NCBI RefSeq assembly: GCF_000400465.1
Contig: NW_008806283.1
Span: 144,001-206,000, forward strand
Length of the DNA: 62,000 nucleotides
Direction: 5' to 3'
Origin: Wallemia ichthyophaga EXF-994
Lineage: Eukaryota > Fungi > Basidiomycota
This document shows, in pieces, positions 47,353-59,325 of the stretch; within the stretch, counting starts at the first letter, position 1, and each line of letters starts with the position of its first letter. The notes below the pieces were generated by a model, which worked only from the letters and a program-made list of their open reading frames with translations, had not been told where the DNA came from and made no database searches. A program made the translations under genes and the position numbers.

Positions 47353-48563
47353 TTACTATTACCACAATGATCTCCAAACTTCTCAGTTCAGCAATCATAG
47401 CCTCTTCTGCACTTGCATACCCAGCGCCCCCAGACGGTGGCGTGGGCGTTTCAGGTGACGAACTCCCTGAGTACACCCCAATGTCCGACTTTGACACCGC
47501 CAGCTTTGTCGTTGGTGTTAACCAGGAGTTCCTGGAGTTAGACCTCTTTCACAACATCCTCGCATCATTTCCAGACGAGGATTTCGAAGCTGTTGGCATT
47601 GACGCATCACAGAGATATTACATCCAAGAAATGGCTGAGCAAGAGGTTGGTCATGCAGAGATGATCAACAACATTCTCGCGTCGGTTGGACAGACCTCCC
47701 AACAGTGCTCATACAAGTACCCTTACACTACTGTGAGAGAGGCACTTGCGTTCGCAGAATACATCACTAGATTCGGTGAAGCAGGTGTCTATGGTTTCCT
47801 TCCTCATTTGGACTCTCGCCCAATCGCTCAACTTGTGAGTAGACATTGTCTTGCTAATGATTTTTCTGATGAAACATAGCTTCTCCAAAGTATCACCACT
47901 GAGGCCAAGCAAGAAGTCTCTATGGCAATGATGGCGGGTGAATTCCCACAACCATACTGGTTTAACATGGGTAGGAAAATTCTCATCCAAGGATTTTTAA
48001 GCTGATTAATTCAATACAGGTCTCACTCAAGCTATGGCTTGGAGCTTGTTGGTTCCTTACCTCGACAGCTGCCCAGAAAGCAACCCAAGAGTCGAGTTCC
48101 CAGTCTTCCCAGCTTTGAATGTCACCAACGCCAACGCGACGCTCGACACATCTATCGAATCCGCTGTCAGTAATAACTACACACACGTAGCTCAACCTGG
48201 CAGACAGCTCGAGCTGCAATGGGAGGCACCAGGTATGGCTGTTGGACCATCAGAGCAAAACTACACCACCGATAAGAACCCAGATCTTGGTGACCCATCG
48301 CACGTCGCCTTCATTCACCAACTTAATGTCACATATGCTCCACTCGAAAACATCGACACTGAGGCCATGACAGCTACCACTATCCACCCAGACTTTATGA
48401 TGTACGGCAAGGGTATGGGCGTTAATGGAACTGTCTTCATCGCAATCACCGACGAAGAAGTTCCAGTCACACCATACAACTTTAGCTTACTCAACGATCA
48501 CGTCCATGCATTTGGACCATACTTTGCAGGTATCTGAGCGATTTAAGCAATTGCTGCTAGAAA
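47353..48563 (+). repeat. 1.2-kb inverted-repeat arm 1 (whole Rds1-like gene including introns and short flanks)
   Basis: Reverse complement of about 57523-58733. ORF translations in two different frames are identical in both arms except one residue in a shadow ORF. Confidence 0.95.
47367..48537 (+). CDS. RDS1: Secreted ferritin-like-domain stress protein, Rds1-like (copy 1)
   Basis: Signal peptide, NQEFLELDLFH, EMAEQEVGHA (ExxH), TRFGEAGVYGFLPHLDSRP, LQSITTEA and AMAWSLLVPYLDSCP. Two introns. Confidence 0.85.
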
Positions 48564-48795
48564 TCTTGATTTTATAAATCTTAAAGACACAAACTATGCT
48601 TGTATGAATTGATGAATTATTGATGGTCTCTGCGTATCTTTTTATTGGAATTAGTGAAACTTTTCTCATCTTTAACACTCATCGGGAACACCAGAGAGAG
48701 CTATTTCAGCAACTGAATAAACAACAAAGAAAGGTAATTTATAATAAAAGGTTTACAACGGCAGAATGCACGTAACTTTTTATCTAATTTGTACA

Positions 48796-50294
48796 TTATT
48801 GCTTTGGTAAATCGTTCAAGGATGTCAAAGGAGAAGGAGGATCGTGGATGTTGATCATTGGAGGCATTTGTTGAGGGAAATGAGCTTGGGCTTGGGCTTG
48901 AGCTTGAGCCTGCAATGATTGAACTAATTGAACAGAAGCAGTGGCTGAGATATTCGACATCCAAATTCGAGTTTTAAAACCTCTAAAAAGTTCTCTAACT
49001 AATTCTCTAAAGTCTATCCTTTGTTCGGAAATGAAATAAAAGGTTAATTTGCGTCTATCCCATTGGTATTCAGCGTCAATAACTTCCATTGGCAAGTTCC
49101 TTTGTTTAACTTTTGAGATACAGATTTGCAGGGCCTTTGATTCATCTTGGCGCTTAGTAATCAACAACTGAGTATCAGAAGTGGAAGCCTTGGCAAATAT
49201 TTTCTTTGGTTGGAGGTCTTTAGAGACGGTCTTGAGAGCTTCAAAAGCAGGGTTGTGATTGTTGTGGGTAGCAGAAGCAGCGGGTAATTGATGAACGGAG
49301 GATGTTGGTGAGGGAGCATCATCCAAAGGAGAAACAGATATAGAAGGTCTTGAAGTGGGCATAGAAAAGTCTGAGTGGATGGGATGAACAGACTGCCCAG
49401 ATTGAGAAAATTGGAATTGGTTCAAGTCTTCGATAGTGAGGGAGTCATTTGTAACTTTACCAAGATCCTTGCCCCTGTCAGCTTCAACAATGACGAGGTC
49501 ACCAAAGTGTATATTCGAAGAGAGGGAAGTGTCTAGAGAGTAAAATAAGTCGGACCTTTAAAGTGGGGTTAGTGACGACATAGAAAAAAGGAAAGAACGA
49601 ACCTCGCAGCCTTGAATTCAACGATGAAGAGGGTAGTAAGGGGAGGAATGCTAGACGTGGGAGTGCCTTTGCCGAGATCATTGAGACTTGACTGCGGTTG
49701 CTGGGTCTGAGACTGAGACTGGGATTGAACGTCAAAAGGGAAAAATCTTGGCTGTGTGGGAGAAGAGAGAGGAAGAGGAGGCAAGTTGAAAAAGTGCGCA
49801 GGAGGATGGTTTTGAATTGGGGAGAGTTTGGGGAGGATTTGGTTGAAAGGATTTCTTTGGTTGAGCTCGAGACCAAGCGCGCTGTTGTCTAAAGGTTGTA
49901 GACTTGGGGGGAATTGAGAAGAGAGGGGGGAAGACTGAGAAGCAAAGTCAAATCTGGAGCCCCGCCTTTCGTTGTTCAAGTTGAAGTTGTCGGAGGATGA
50001 TTTGTGGGTGATCGTTGGGGATGACGAGTGGGGGTCTGGAGCTGCAACTTGACCTGGACCTGGACCTGGACCTGGAGCCACGTAAGAAGATCTATGCTTG
50101 TTTATTGGCTCGTCATTCAAATTCAAATTAAAAAAGTCGAGCTCAGTCGTGTTGGCCAGCGTGGGTCTTCTGTACGAATCTTGAGAAGGCTGCGTCGGGC
50201 TATCGATCATAGAATGCCTCCTCAAAGAAATATCATCGATTAATAAATTTTTATTATTAAATGGAGATTTGTTTGAAATATCATTCTCAGCCAT
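48796..50294 (-). CDS. PSP1: PSP1 C-terminal domain protein
   Basis: Contains LFIVEFKAA, a spliced DLVIVEADRGKDLGKV and LPMEVIDAEYQWDRRKLTFYF...RIDFRELVRELFRGFKTRIWM. Confidence 0.85.
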
Positions 50295-50325
50295 ACTCGT
50301 TTGTTACCAACGATAGCTGCTGTCA

Positions 50326-53264
50326 ATGTCAGCGTAAGTATATTAATAAATAAAATTTAATTTTTATAATTAATTATTACAGCTACTCGAGACACGCCCC
50401 TACAAAGGCTTTTGGTTTAATATTTAATTCCCCTTCCAACGTACACTATCAAACATCTACAAAGCTAGCATATCTCCCTGCACTTGAAGATGTACTCGTT
50501 TGGGATATTAAATCTGCTACTCTTCAATCTGAGTGGCATGAGACTGGCTGTACAGCTCAAGTTACCCAATTATCCCCAAATCCTGCCAATAACTCCTTCG
50601 CTGTCGGTTATAGTGATGGCTCTATTAGAATTTGGCAGAATAACGCTGCAAACATCACTTTCAACGGCCACAAATCTCCTATCACCTCTCTTGAATGGGA
50701 CTTTGAGGGTATACGCCTTATTTCTGGCTCAAAAGACACAAATATCATCGTTTGGGATACTTTGGCTGAACAAGGTCTTACTCGTTTAAAAGGTCACAAA
50801 GATGCTATAAACACACTCCATTTCATCTCTCAAAATCATTTAATCTCCACTTCAAACGATACTTTCATCAAGCTATGGGATCTTAACACTCAACATTGCT
50901 TACAAACTCTAATTGGTCACAGATCCCCTGTCACCACCTCTACCTTAACAAGTGACCTCTCTTTACTCGCTTCTGGCTCTTCCGATGGTGAAATTAGACT
51001 TTGGTCTATTAACCACGAAAATCTTCATGAGGGCTTGTCTCAAGATGATAATGGCGATTTCATCAAATTCATCAACCATATCTCCACCCTTCCAACTCAC
51101 ACTATTAATAGAAAACGCATCTCTCAACTCGCTTTTCACGATTCCTTACCCTTCTTAGCCATTTTATCTTCTGATAGATCTCTCGAAGTTCTCAGATTGC
51201 GTACTGAAGAAGAAATCAAGTCAAAGATGGCTAGACGTAGACGTCGCAATAAAGATAAAGGAAAAGCTACTCATGATGATTCTTCTGTCATTAACGTCAC
51301 CATGAACGATAGGCTAACTCCATACTTGGTCGTCCATTCTCACTCCAAGATCAAGTCTTTCTCTTTTCCCCCACTTCCTTCTAATTTTGATCCTAAAGCT
51401 CCTGCACAGGTCCTTTTAGCATTAGCCAATAATGCTGTTGAATTGCATGCCATACCAGCACCAACCAAGAAGACCGCTGATGAAAGGGAGCCTGAAGCTT
51501 ACCGCCTTCACTCTTTAGATCTTCCCGGCCATAGAGCTGATATACGCGCACTTGCTCTCTCCTCTGATGATCAGTTGTTAGCCAGTGCATCCAATGGCCA
51601 ACTCAAGGTGTGGAATATGAAAACTCAAGCCTGTCTGAGAACCATAGACTGTGGCTATGCCATCTCTGTTGCTTTCCTCCCAGGCAACAGGTCTATTGTC
51701 ATTGGTACAAAGAGTGGTAACCTTCAACTTTATGATTTAATTTCGTCAACTCAAATTGCAGATGTTGATGCCCACGACAATACTATCTACGCCATTGACA
51801 TCGCACCATCAAAAACTTCACTCGTCACTGCCTCTGGCGATAAAGATGTCAAATTCTGGGATATCACTGAAGTTGAACGTGACTCTGATGTTGTCGAAAA
51901 TCAAAAAGTCAAGTCTGTTGGCATTGTGCACACCCGCACACTCAAAATGACCGATGAAGTGTTGGCTGTTAAGCATTCACCTGATAACCGCTACATAGCA
52001 GTATCACTCTTAGACTCAACTGTCAAGATCTTCTTCAATGATTCACTGAAATTTTATCTATCACTCTACGGACATAAATTGCCCGTATTATCCATGGATA
52101 TCTCACACGACTCGAAACTCATCATCACCTCATCGGCTGACAAGAATATTAAAATTTGGGGTTTGGACTTTGGTGACTGTAGGAAATCTCTTTTTGGTCA
52201 TGATAGCAGTGTGATGCAGGTTCAATTCGAAGCCGATTCTCATAGATTTTGGTCCACATCCAAGGACGCAACCGTTGCTTATTGGGATGGTGACAAATTT
52301 GAACAAATTCAGAAATTGTATGGACATCAAGGTGAAATCTGGGCATTGGTTACATCCAAAGACGGTCAATTCTTGGTAACAGGCTCACACGATAAGAGTT
52401 TGAGAGTCTGGGAAAAGCTCGACGAGCCTTTATTCTTAGAAGAAGAGCGTGAAAAGGCTTTGGAAGAGTTATATGAAGCGGATCTTGCTGATGAGGATGT
52501 TGGCAAGGACCAGAATGATCAGGTTGAAGCTGACAACGTACACAAAGCAACAAGCGAGACGTTGATGGCTGGTGAAAAGATTATTGAAGCCATCGAAATA
52601 TCTGACGAGGATATTAATGCATTGAATGACTACAATAATCTTTCTCAAGTAGATAAGGATAAGGTTGGTGGACCACCCACCCGCCATGCACAGTTTGTCG
52701 CACTGGGTAATCCAACTCCTGACGAATACTTGCTCAAGTTTGTACTTGAGAAGATTTCTCCACCTGATCTTCACGATGCTCTACTCGTTTTGCCTTTTAG
52801 CCATGTCATTTCACTGTTGCGTTATCTCGAAACATGGTCCGAAAAGGTGTGTTATGTTTGAGAAGTATCAAGAGTAAGCTGACAAGAAAACATAGGGATG
52901 GAATATCGGATTAGTCGCGCGTATACTTTTCTTCCTACTCAAGACCCATCACCACCAAATTGTAGCAAACAGAGTGATGAGAAACACAATGATAGGGCTA
53001 AAAAAGTCACTTAGGAAACGCTTGAATGAGCAGAAAGTGAGTTGCTGTCTACGATTAAGGAAATACTTTACTTACACATAACAGTCTGTTGTTGGATTCA
53101 ATCTTGCAGCTCTCAAAGTGATCAGACGTGCACACGACGCTGATCGCATTTCCAAATACTTAGAGGAGGAGGATATGGATGAAGAAAGAGCGAACCAACG
53201 TCTCAAAGCTGAGGAAGAAGCCTTGATGAATGCAGGTAAAAAGAGAAAGAGGATAATATTATAG
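50326..53264 (+). CDS. DIP2: SSU processome WD40 protein Dip2/Utp12
   Basis: Micro-exon ATGTCAGC at 50326, then YSRHAPTKAFGLI. Many WD repeats, LPGHRADIR, LSLYGHKLPVLSMDIS and a Utp12 domain LHDALLVLPFSHV. Stop TAG at 53262-53264. Confidence 0.92.
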
Positions 53265-53326
53265 ACTAATTGTACAAAACGTAGACTTCTAATTTATATT
53301 ATCATTGCAATTTTAGATCTAACGTA

Positions 53327-53757
53327 TCAGACTAGTCGCTGTGGTTGCGATTCCTCAATCTGTGCTGAATCAGATGACGTCTTGCGCTTTGATTTGAGTT
53401 GTTGGAGCTGAGACTTAAGGCTCTCTGGATCCTTTGCAGGTTTCTTAAAATATTTGTGAGTGATTTTGCTTGTAAACAGCAGTCAGCCTACATTTGTATC
53501 TTCTTCCTTAGGCCAGAATGTCGTTTTTGCCTGCATTTAAAGATCAGAGTGAGTAACTAGGTGTGTGTGTGTATAATCAATCTCACAGGCTCAATGTGCT
53601 TGTCATACCACTCAGGATCTCCAAAATGGTACATGAATGCTATTGGGAAGCTGCCAATACCATCAGCTTAAGCTGGGCGTATAGTGTCACGTCGATAAAT
53701 TAACACTCACAAGAGATAAGCAGCGAATTTGAATATTTCCAAGTTGGGTCCACCCAT
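53327..53757 (-). CDS. PET100: Cytochrome c oxidase assembly factor Pet100 (4 exons); absent from ORF track
   Basis: Spliced translation is MGGPNLEIFKFAAYLFFPIAFMYHFGDPEWYDKHIEPAKTTFWPKEEDTNKPAKDPESLKSQLQQLKSKRK... Three canonical introns. Confidence 0.88.
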
Positions 53758-53806
53758 CCTACAGCGTATTCTTCCTAATCGACGGCCAAGTCCAAGGGGC
53801 TAGATA

Positions 53807-55500
53807 ATGACAGACATTGATACAGACTTTAATAGTATTTCACTGCTATCCAATCATAACAAGGAAAATGCCATGACTTCAATTGCTATACCCAAATCAT
53901 CCACTTCTCTAAAAGATAACGATATCGATGATAGCAACCATAATGAGAGGAATGAGAGTTCGCCAAGAGGCAGGCATACAAAAATGCGTTCCTTGAGCAA
54001 TCCCGCATCTGATTTGGATACGGATACTGGCTTGTTGTTACGCAGAGTTGATGAGACTGCCTCTACATCAAGGAGGCATTCATTACATAAAGGGAAACAT
54101 AATATTATACACGCTATCGAAGAAAACGATAAGGGCTCTTCTGATATCGACTGGCAGTTCTGGGGCGAAGTGATGGCTAGTAAGTCTGAGACATTTCGGT
54201 GAGATATGCCTGACAGGTGTGCGTTATAGACTACGAGGACGTAGCTCATAACCAACCGCATGCGCTCTCCAAGGCTATTCAGAAGGGTATACCCAAGGAA
54301 TTACGCGGAATGTTGTGGCAGCTCATGTGAGTAACGTCATTGATGTGATTATCGTTGTTGACTATTATGCTCTAAAGGAGTAGCTCCAAGAACCCAGATC
54401 TAGAAGCATTATACCAAGAATACCTAAAGTTGTCATCAGTAAATGACAAAGCGATACATAAAGATCTTTCACGCACATTCCCGGCGTTGGAGTACTTCCA
54501 GGACCCAGATTCAGTAAATTGGCTTTTCAACGTGGCCAAAGCTTACTCACTTTATGATGTGGAGTGTGGATATACCCAGGGAATCCTATTCGTTATAGGT
54601 CCTCTTCTGTTAAATGCGCCAGATGAAGAGGCCTTTGGACTGCTAATCAGATTAATGCAATCTTATGATCTGCGTGGTCACTATCTACCTGAAATGCCTG
54701 GTTTACATTTGAGACTTTTCCAGTTTGATAGACTATTGGAAGAGTTTTTACCCATGGTGTACACGCACCTCACTAAACAAGGTGTCAAATCTTCGATGTA
54801 TGCTTCTCAATGGTTTATGACACTTTTTTCGTATCGCTTTCCACTCGACATTGTCTACAGGATATTCGACAACATATTCGCTGAAGGTATAGAGGCTATT
54901 TTTAGGTTTGGCATAGGATTGATGAAAAAGAATGAAGACAAATTACTGTCTCTGCAATTTGAAAATATAGTCGACTTTCTCAAAGAGGGAATGTTGGAAG
55001 CATACAGAATACCACGAGATACCACAACTAGGGCAGGATCAGTGTCACTGCAGGCACCTCTACTCAGAGGGACATCACACAGCTCACCACACTCGAGTAT
55101 AAGCGGAAGCGTCTCCCCCAGACTAGCTACTTCAGCGGATAGCGGTGAATGGGACTGTGATTCATTAGTCTCAGATGCTTATGATGTCAAGATAACACCA
55201 TTCCAACTAGATTCTTATGCTTCTGAATGGGCTGAGACTTGTTACAATGTCAACAAACACGCGCATGAAGTCGATGAATTGAGACTGGCAAATAGAGGTC
55301 TGTCTTCGCAGATAAAAAAACTGGAGGCTAGTCTTACGCAGATCAACGGAGAGCATTGCGAGCTGGTTAAAACTCTCGTCAATATAAGAATCGAGAAAGA
55401 TGAGATGGAGGAATCTCTAATCAACAAGCTAGTCAGGGCACAGATGGAGAAGGCAGCAGCAGAGGAGGAGCTTCAACGCATGAGAGAGCACATCAGGTGA
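53807..55500 (+). CDS. GYP5: TBC-domain RabGAP, Gyp5/Evi5-like
   Basis: Contains GIPKELRGMLWQLM, IHKDLSRTFP, AYSLYDVECGYTQG and SSMYASQWFMTLFSYRFPL, with a C-terminal coiled coil. Confidence 0.88.
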
Positions 55501-55761
55501 TAAACAAGAAAATCAAAATAGCAGTTTCTAATTTGTTTCAATTTCAAGGTCTCACTGATATGGTAAGTGGTAAAATGAAAATTTAAAAAATTGTATGAAA
55601 GTGGAAATGGAGAGAACGATTGTAATAACGCAGTTTAAATTAAAAGCCTTACGATTTTTGCTTAAATTAAAAATATAAAATCTCACGGCGTTCACTCGCT
55701 AAGACGAATCCATCGATCTTTCCTAAACTTAATTTATCGTTCAAAAAATAAGATTGTTTAG

Positions 55762-57203
55762 ATGACGGCAGCTGGCACATCTAGCGGCGAGACACCAGCC
55801 GCATTAGCTGAATTAGTAACTCAAGTGTCTCCAAATTCCCAACCGCAGAGGAATACGCGTCAACCTGTTCGCAAGACTAAGAAAAAGAAACAGCCTGCTC
55901 CCAGTGAAACTGAGAAGAACATCGGCAGTCACGAGAATACCAATAAACAGCCCCAACAATCGTTATCGACTTCAGAAAATGACGCTCAATCACCCCATAC
56001 TGAACAGCCTCCACAAAGACCCGAGCAGATTCCTACAACAGCGACAAACAATGGTTAGTGTTTATCTTACATAATTATAGACTCAAATTTACCAAATACT
56101 CACTAGTAAAAGAAGAAACTCAGCCAACGAAAGAACCTTCCAAACCAGTACCCAAACAGCGCAAAAAGAAGTCAAAATTATCTTCATTCTTCTCTTCCAT
56201 CGTTCCATGCGTTGGAGAATCATCAAGAAATCCAGCGCACGACATTTCATCGAGTGAGGCACCACACAAAACACAAAATCAACCGTCAGCATCAACATCA
56301 CGGCGGAAGTCTAATAATAACATAAATAACTCAAGTACAGTAGACCTTAGTCAGAATAATGAAGATGATATACCACCTGCTACGCCAGTCATACCTTCTC
56401 AAGGAGTTGATATGCCTCTATCAGATACAGCTGGATTGACCTCAGGAGCTGTTATGCCCCCCGGAAAAGAATTAAATCCACCAACACCATCTCGTCAACC
56501 ATCCACTCACCAACACCACGAAAGCGAATCTTCTGAGGAAGAGGAAGAAGAGGAAGTTGATGAATTTGAGAGTGAGCTGGCAGATGAGGAGCGCATAATC
56601 GCAAAAGGTGGAATGGGTATACCAGTTGGTGAGGATGGTCAACCTAACCCTCTTTTACCTCCTTTAATCACATCAGACAATGGCAAAAAGTGCTTAGTTT
56701 TGGATTTGGATGAGACTTTAGTGCACAGTTCATTTAAATTAATTCAGCATGCTGATTACGTGGTACCTGTTGAAATTGAGTCGCAAACTCACAACGTATA
56801 CGTGATAAAGCGCCCAGGAGTTGATGCTTTCCTTAAGAGAATGGGTGATTTGTTTGAAATTGTCGTATTCACAGCTTCACTATCTAAATACGCCGACCCA
56901 GTATTAGATATGTTGGATATCAACAGAGTAGTCAGGCACCGATTATTCAGAGAAAGTTGTTACAATCATAAAGGAAATTATGTCAAGGATCTCTCACAAT
57001 TAGGTAGACTGATCAACGATAGTATAATCATCGATAATAGCCCTGCATCTTACGTATTTCATCCAAACAATGCAGTACCAGTTTCAAGTTGGTTCAATGA
57101 TCCTCATGATACTGAATTGACCGATTTGTGTCCTTTCTTGACAGATTTGACAGCGGTTGATGATGTTAGAGGCATATTAAATGGTACTTTATTAGCTTCA
57201 TAG
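55762..57203 (+). CDS. PSR1: NIF/HAD-family small CTD-like phosphatase Psr1/Psr2
   Basis: Contains [17 protein letters not shown] (DxDxT), [25 protein letters not shown] and [10 protein letters not shown]. One intron near 56054. Confidence 0.92.
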
Positions 57204-57522
57204 TCTTTCAGTTCCCTACCTTGACACAGTTCATATTCAATATTTTTCAATTTACATTCAATTAGATTTGCATTCATAATACTTGGTCAATCAACACATT
57301 CCACAGCTCTCAAAATGTTATAACTTTAGTTAAACACAATCGAATCATTTGAAACACCGAAACCAGTCATTGCTACTCCTTTCACTTCTACAATTTGTAA
57401 TTCTTTAATTCCAATTACATTAAAACTTCATCCAAATTCTAAAGCGATTTCAAATGCGTAATCATTCATGAAAGTACAAGCATAGTCATTGCTCCCCAAA
57501 GACGTGTCATTTTCATTCAAGT

Positions 57523-58733
57523 TTTCTAGCAGCAATTGCTTAAATCGCTCAGATACCTGCAAAGTATGGTCCAAATGCATGGACGTGATCGTTGAGTAAG
57601 CTAAAGTTGTATGGTGTGACTGGAACTTCTTCGTCGGTGATTGCGATGAAGACGGTTCCATTAACGCCCATACCCTTGCCGTACATCATAAAGTCTGGGT
57701 GGATAGTGGTAGCTGTCATGGCCTCAGTGTCGATGTTTTCGAGTGGAGCATATGTGACATTAAGTTGGTGAATGAAGGCGACGTGCGATGGGTCACCAAG
57801 ATCTGGGTTCTTATCGGTGGTGTAGTTTTGCTCTGATGGTCCAACAGCCATACCTGGTGCCTCCCATTGCAGCTCGAGCTGTCTGCCAGGTTGAGCTACG
57901 TGTGTGTAGTTATTACTGACAGCGGATTCGATAGATGTGTCGAGCGTCGCGTTGGCGTTGGTGACATTCAAAGCTGGGAAGACTGGGAACTCGACTCTTG
58001 GGTTGCTTTCTGGGCAGCTGTCGAGGTAAGGAACCAACAAGCTCCAAGCCATAGCTTGAGTGAGACCTGTATTGAATTAATCAGCTTAAAAATCCTTGGA
58101 TGAGAATTTTCCTACCCATGTTAAACCAGTATGGTTGTGGGAATTCACCCGCCATCATTGCCATAGAGACTTCTTGCTTGGCCTCAGTGGTGATACTTTG
58201 AAGAAGCTATGTTTCATCAGAAAAATCATTAGCAAGACAATGTCTACTCACAAGTTGAGCGATTGGGCGAGAGTCCAAATGAGGAAGGAAACCATAGACA
58301 CCTGCTTCACCGAATCTAGTGATGTATTCTGCGAACGCAAGTGCCTCTCTCACAGTAGTGTAAGGGTACTTGTATGAGCACTGTTGGGAGGTCTGTCCAA
58401 CCGACGCAAGAATGTTGTTGATCATCTCTGCATGACCAACCTCTTGCTCAGCCATTTCTTGGATGTAATATCTTTGTGATGCGTCAATGCCAACAGCTTC
58501 GAAATCCTCGTCTGGAAATGATGCGAGGATGTTGTGAAAGAGGTCTAACTCCAGGAACTCCTGGTTAACACCAACGACAAAGCTGGCGGTGTCAAAGTCG
58601 GACATTGGGGTGTACTCAGGGAGTTCGTCACCTGAAACGCCCACGCCACCGTCTGGGGGCGCTGGGTATGCAAGTGCAGAAGAGGCTATGATTGCTGAGC
58701 TGAGAAGTTTGGAGATCATTGTGGTAGTAGTAA
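57523..58733 (-). repeat. 1.2-kb inverted-repeat arm 2
   Basis: Reverse complement of about 47353-48563. Confidence 0.95.
57549..58719 (-). CDS. RDS1: Secreted ferritin-like-domain stress protein, Rds1-like (copy 2, same protein sequence as copy 1)
   Basis: Same 1171-bp ATG-to-stop span, same introns and same translated exons as copy 1. Confidence 0.85.
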
Positions 58734-59325
58734 AAGAAAAATGCATTACTTCTTAAAGGGGTCTCGGCAAAACATGCAATAAGTTCACCCACTCAGACAT
58801 CAGTCCGGGTAAAAGTTGGTAAAAGCTTTCCGGATGAAAGGATGTCTGTGATTGCTGTATCGAGTAGCGACGTTATTTAATAATGATCCCCTGATCAGTT
58901 ACGTCACATATATCACGTTTCGAATTCAATTGTTAATGTCACCCTTCGAATTCGATTGTGATAGCCAAGAAATCCTGTTCTATTCCGAGACACATCTCTG
59001 TCACAGTCGGATGTGTATCGTATATTAGCACGAGTAGCAATCGAGTAAAAGTAGCTTTTAGCTCTTCAGAAGGCCGTAGAAGGGCAGTAGCCTAGACTCT
59101 GTTGCCATCCAATCCTTTCCAAGATTATTCATCAGCCACGCTCAATCATTAACGAATAGGAAGACAATTAATTAAAAAAAATCTTACTATTCGTGGATCT
59201 AGTTAGTGTCTAGTTTTATTCTGATTATCTAGATGTAAGCTGTTGTTCTGTTCAACGTAGTAAGCTTGTTTTTGTTATAAATCAAAACATTCCAATGTAA
59301 ATTTCAATCAATTATTAAACCAAGC

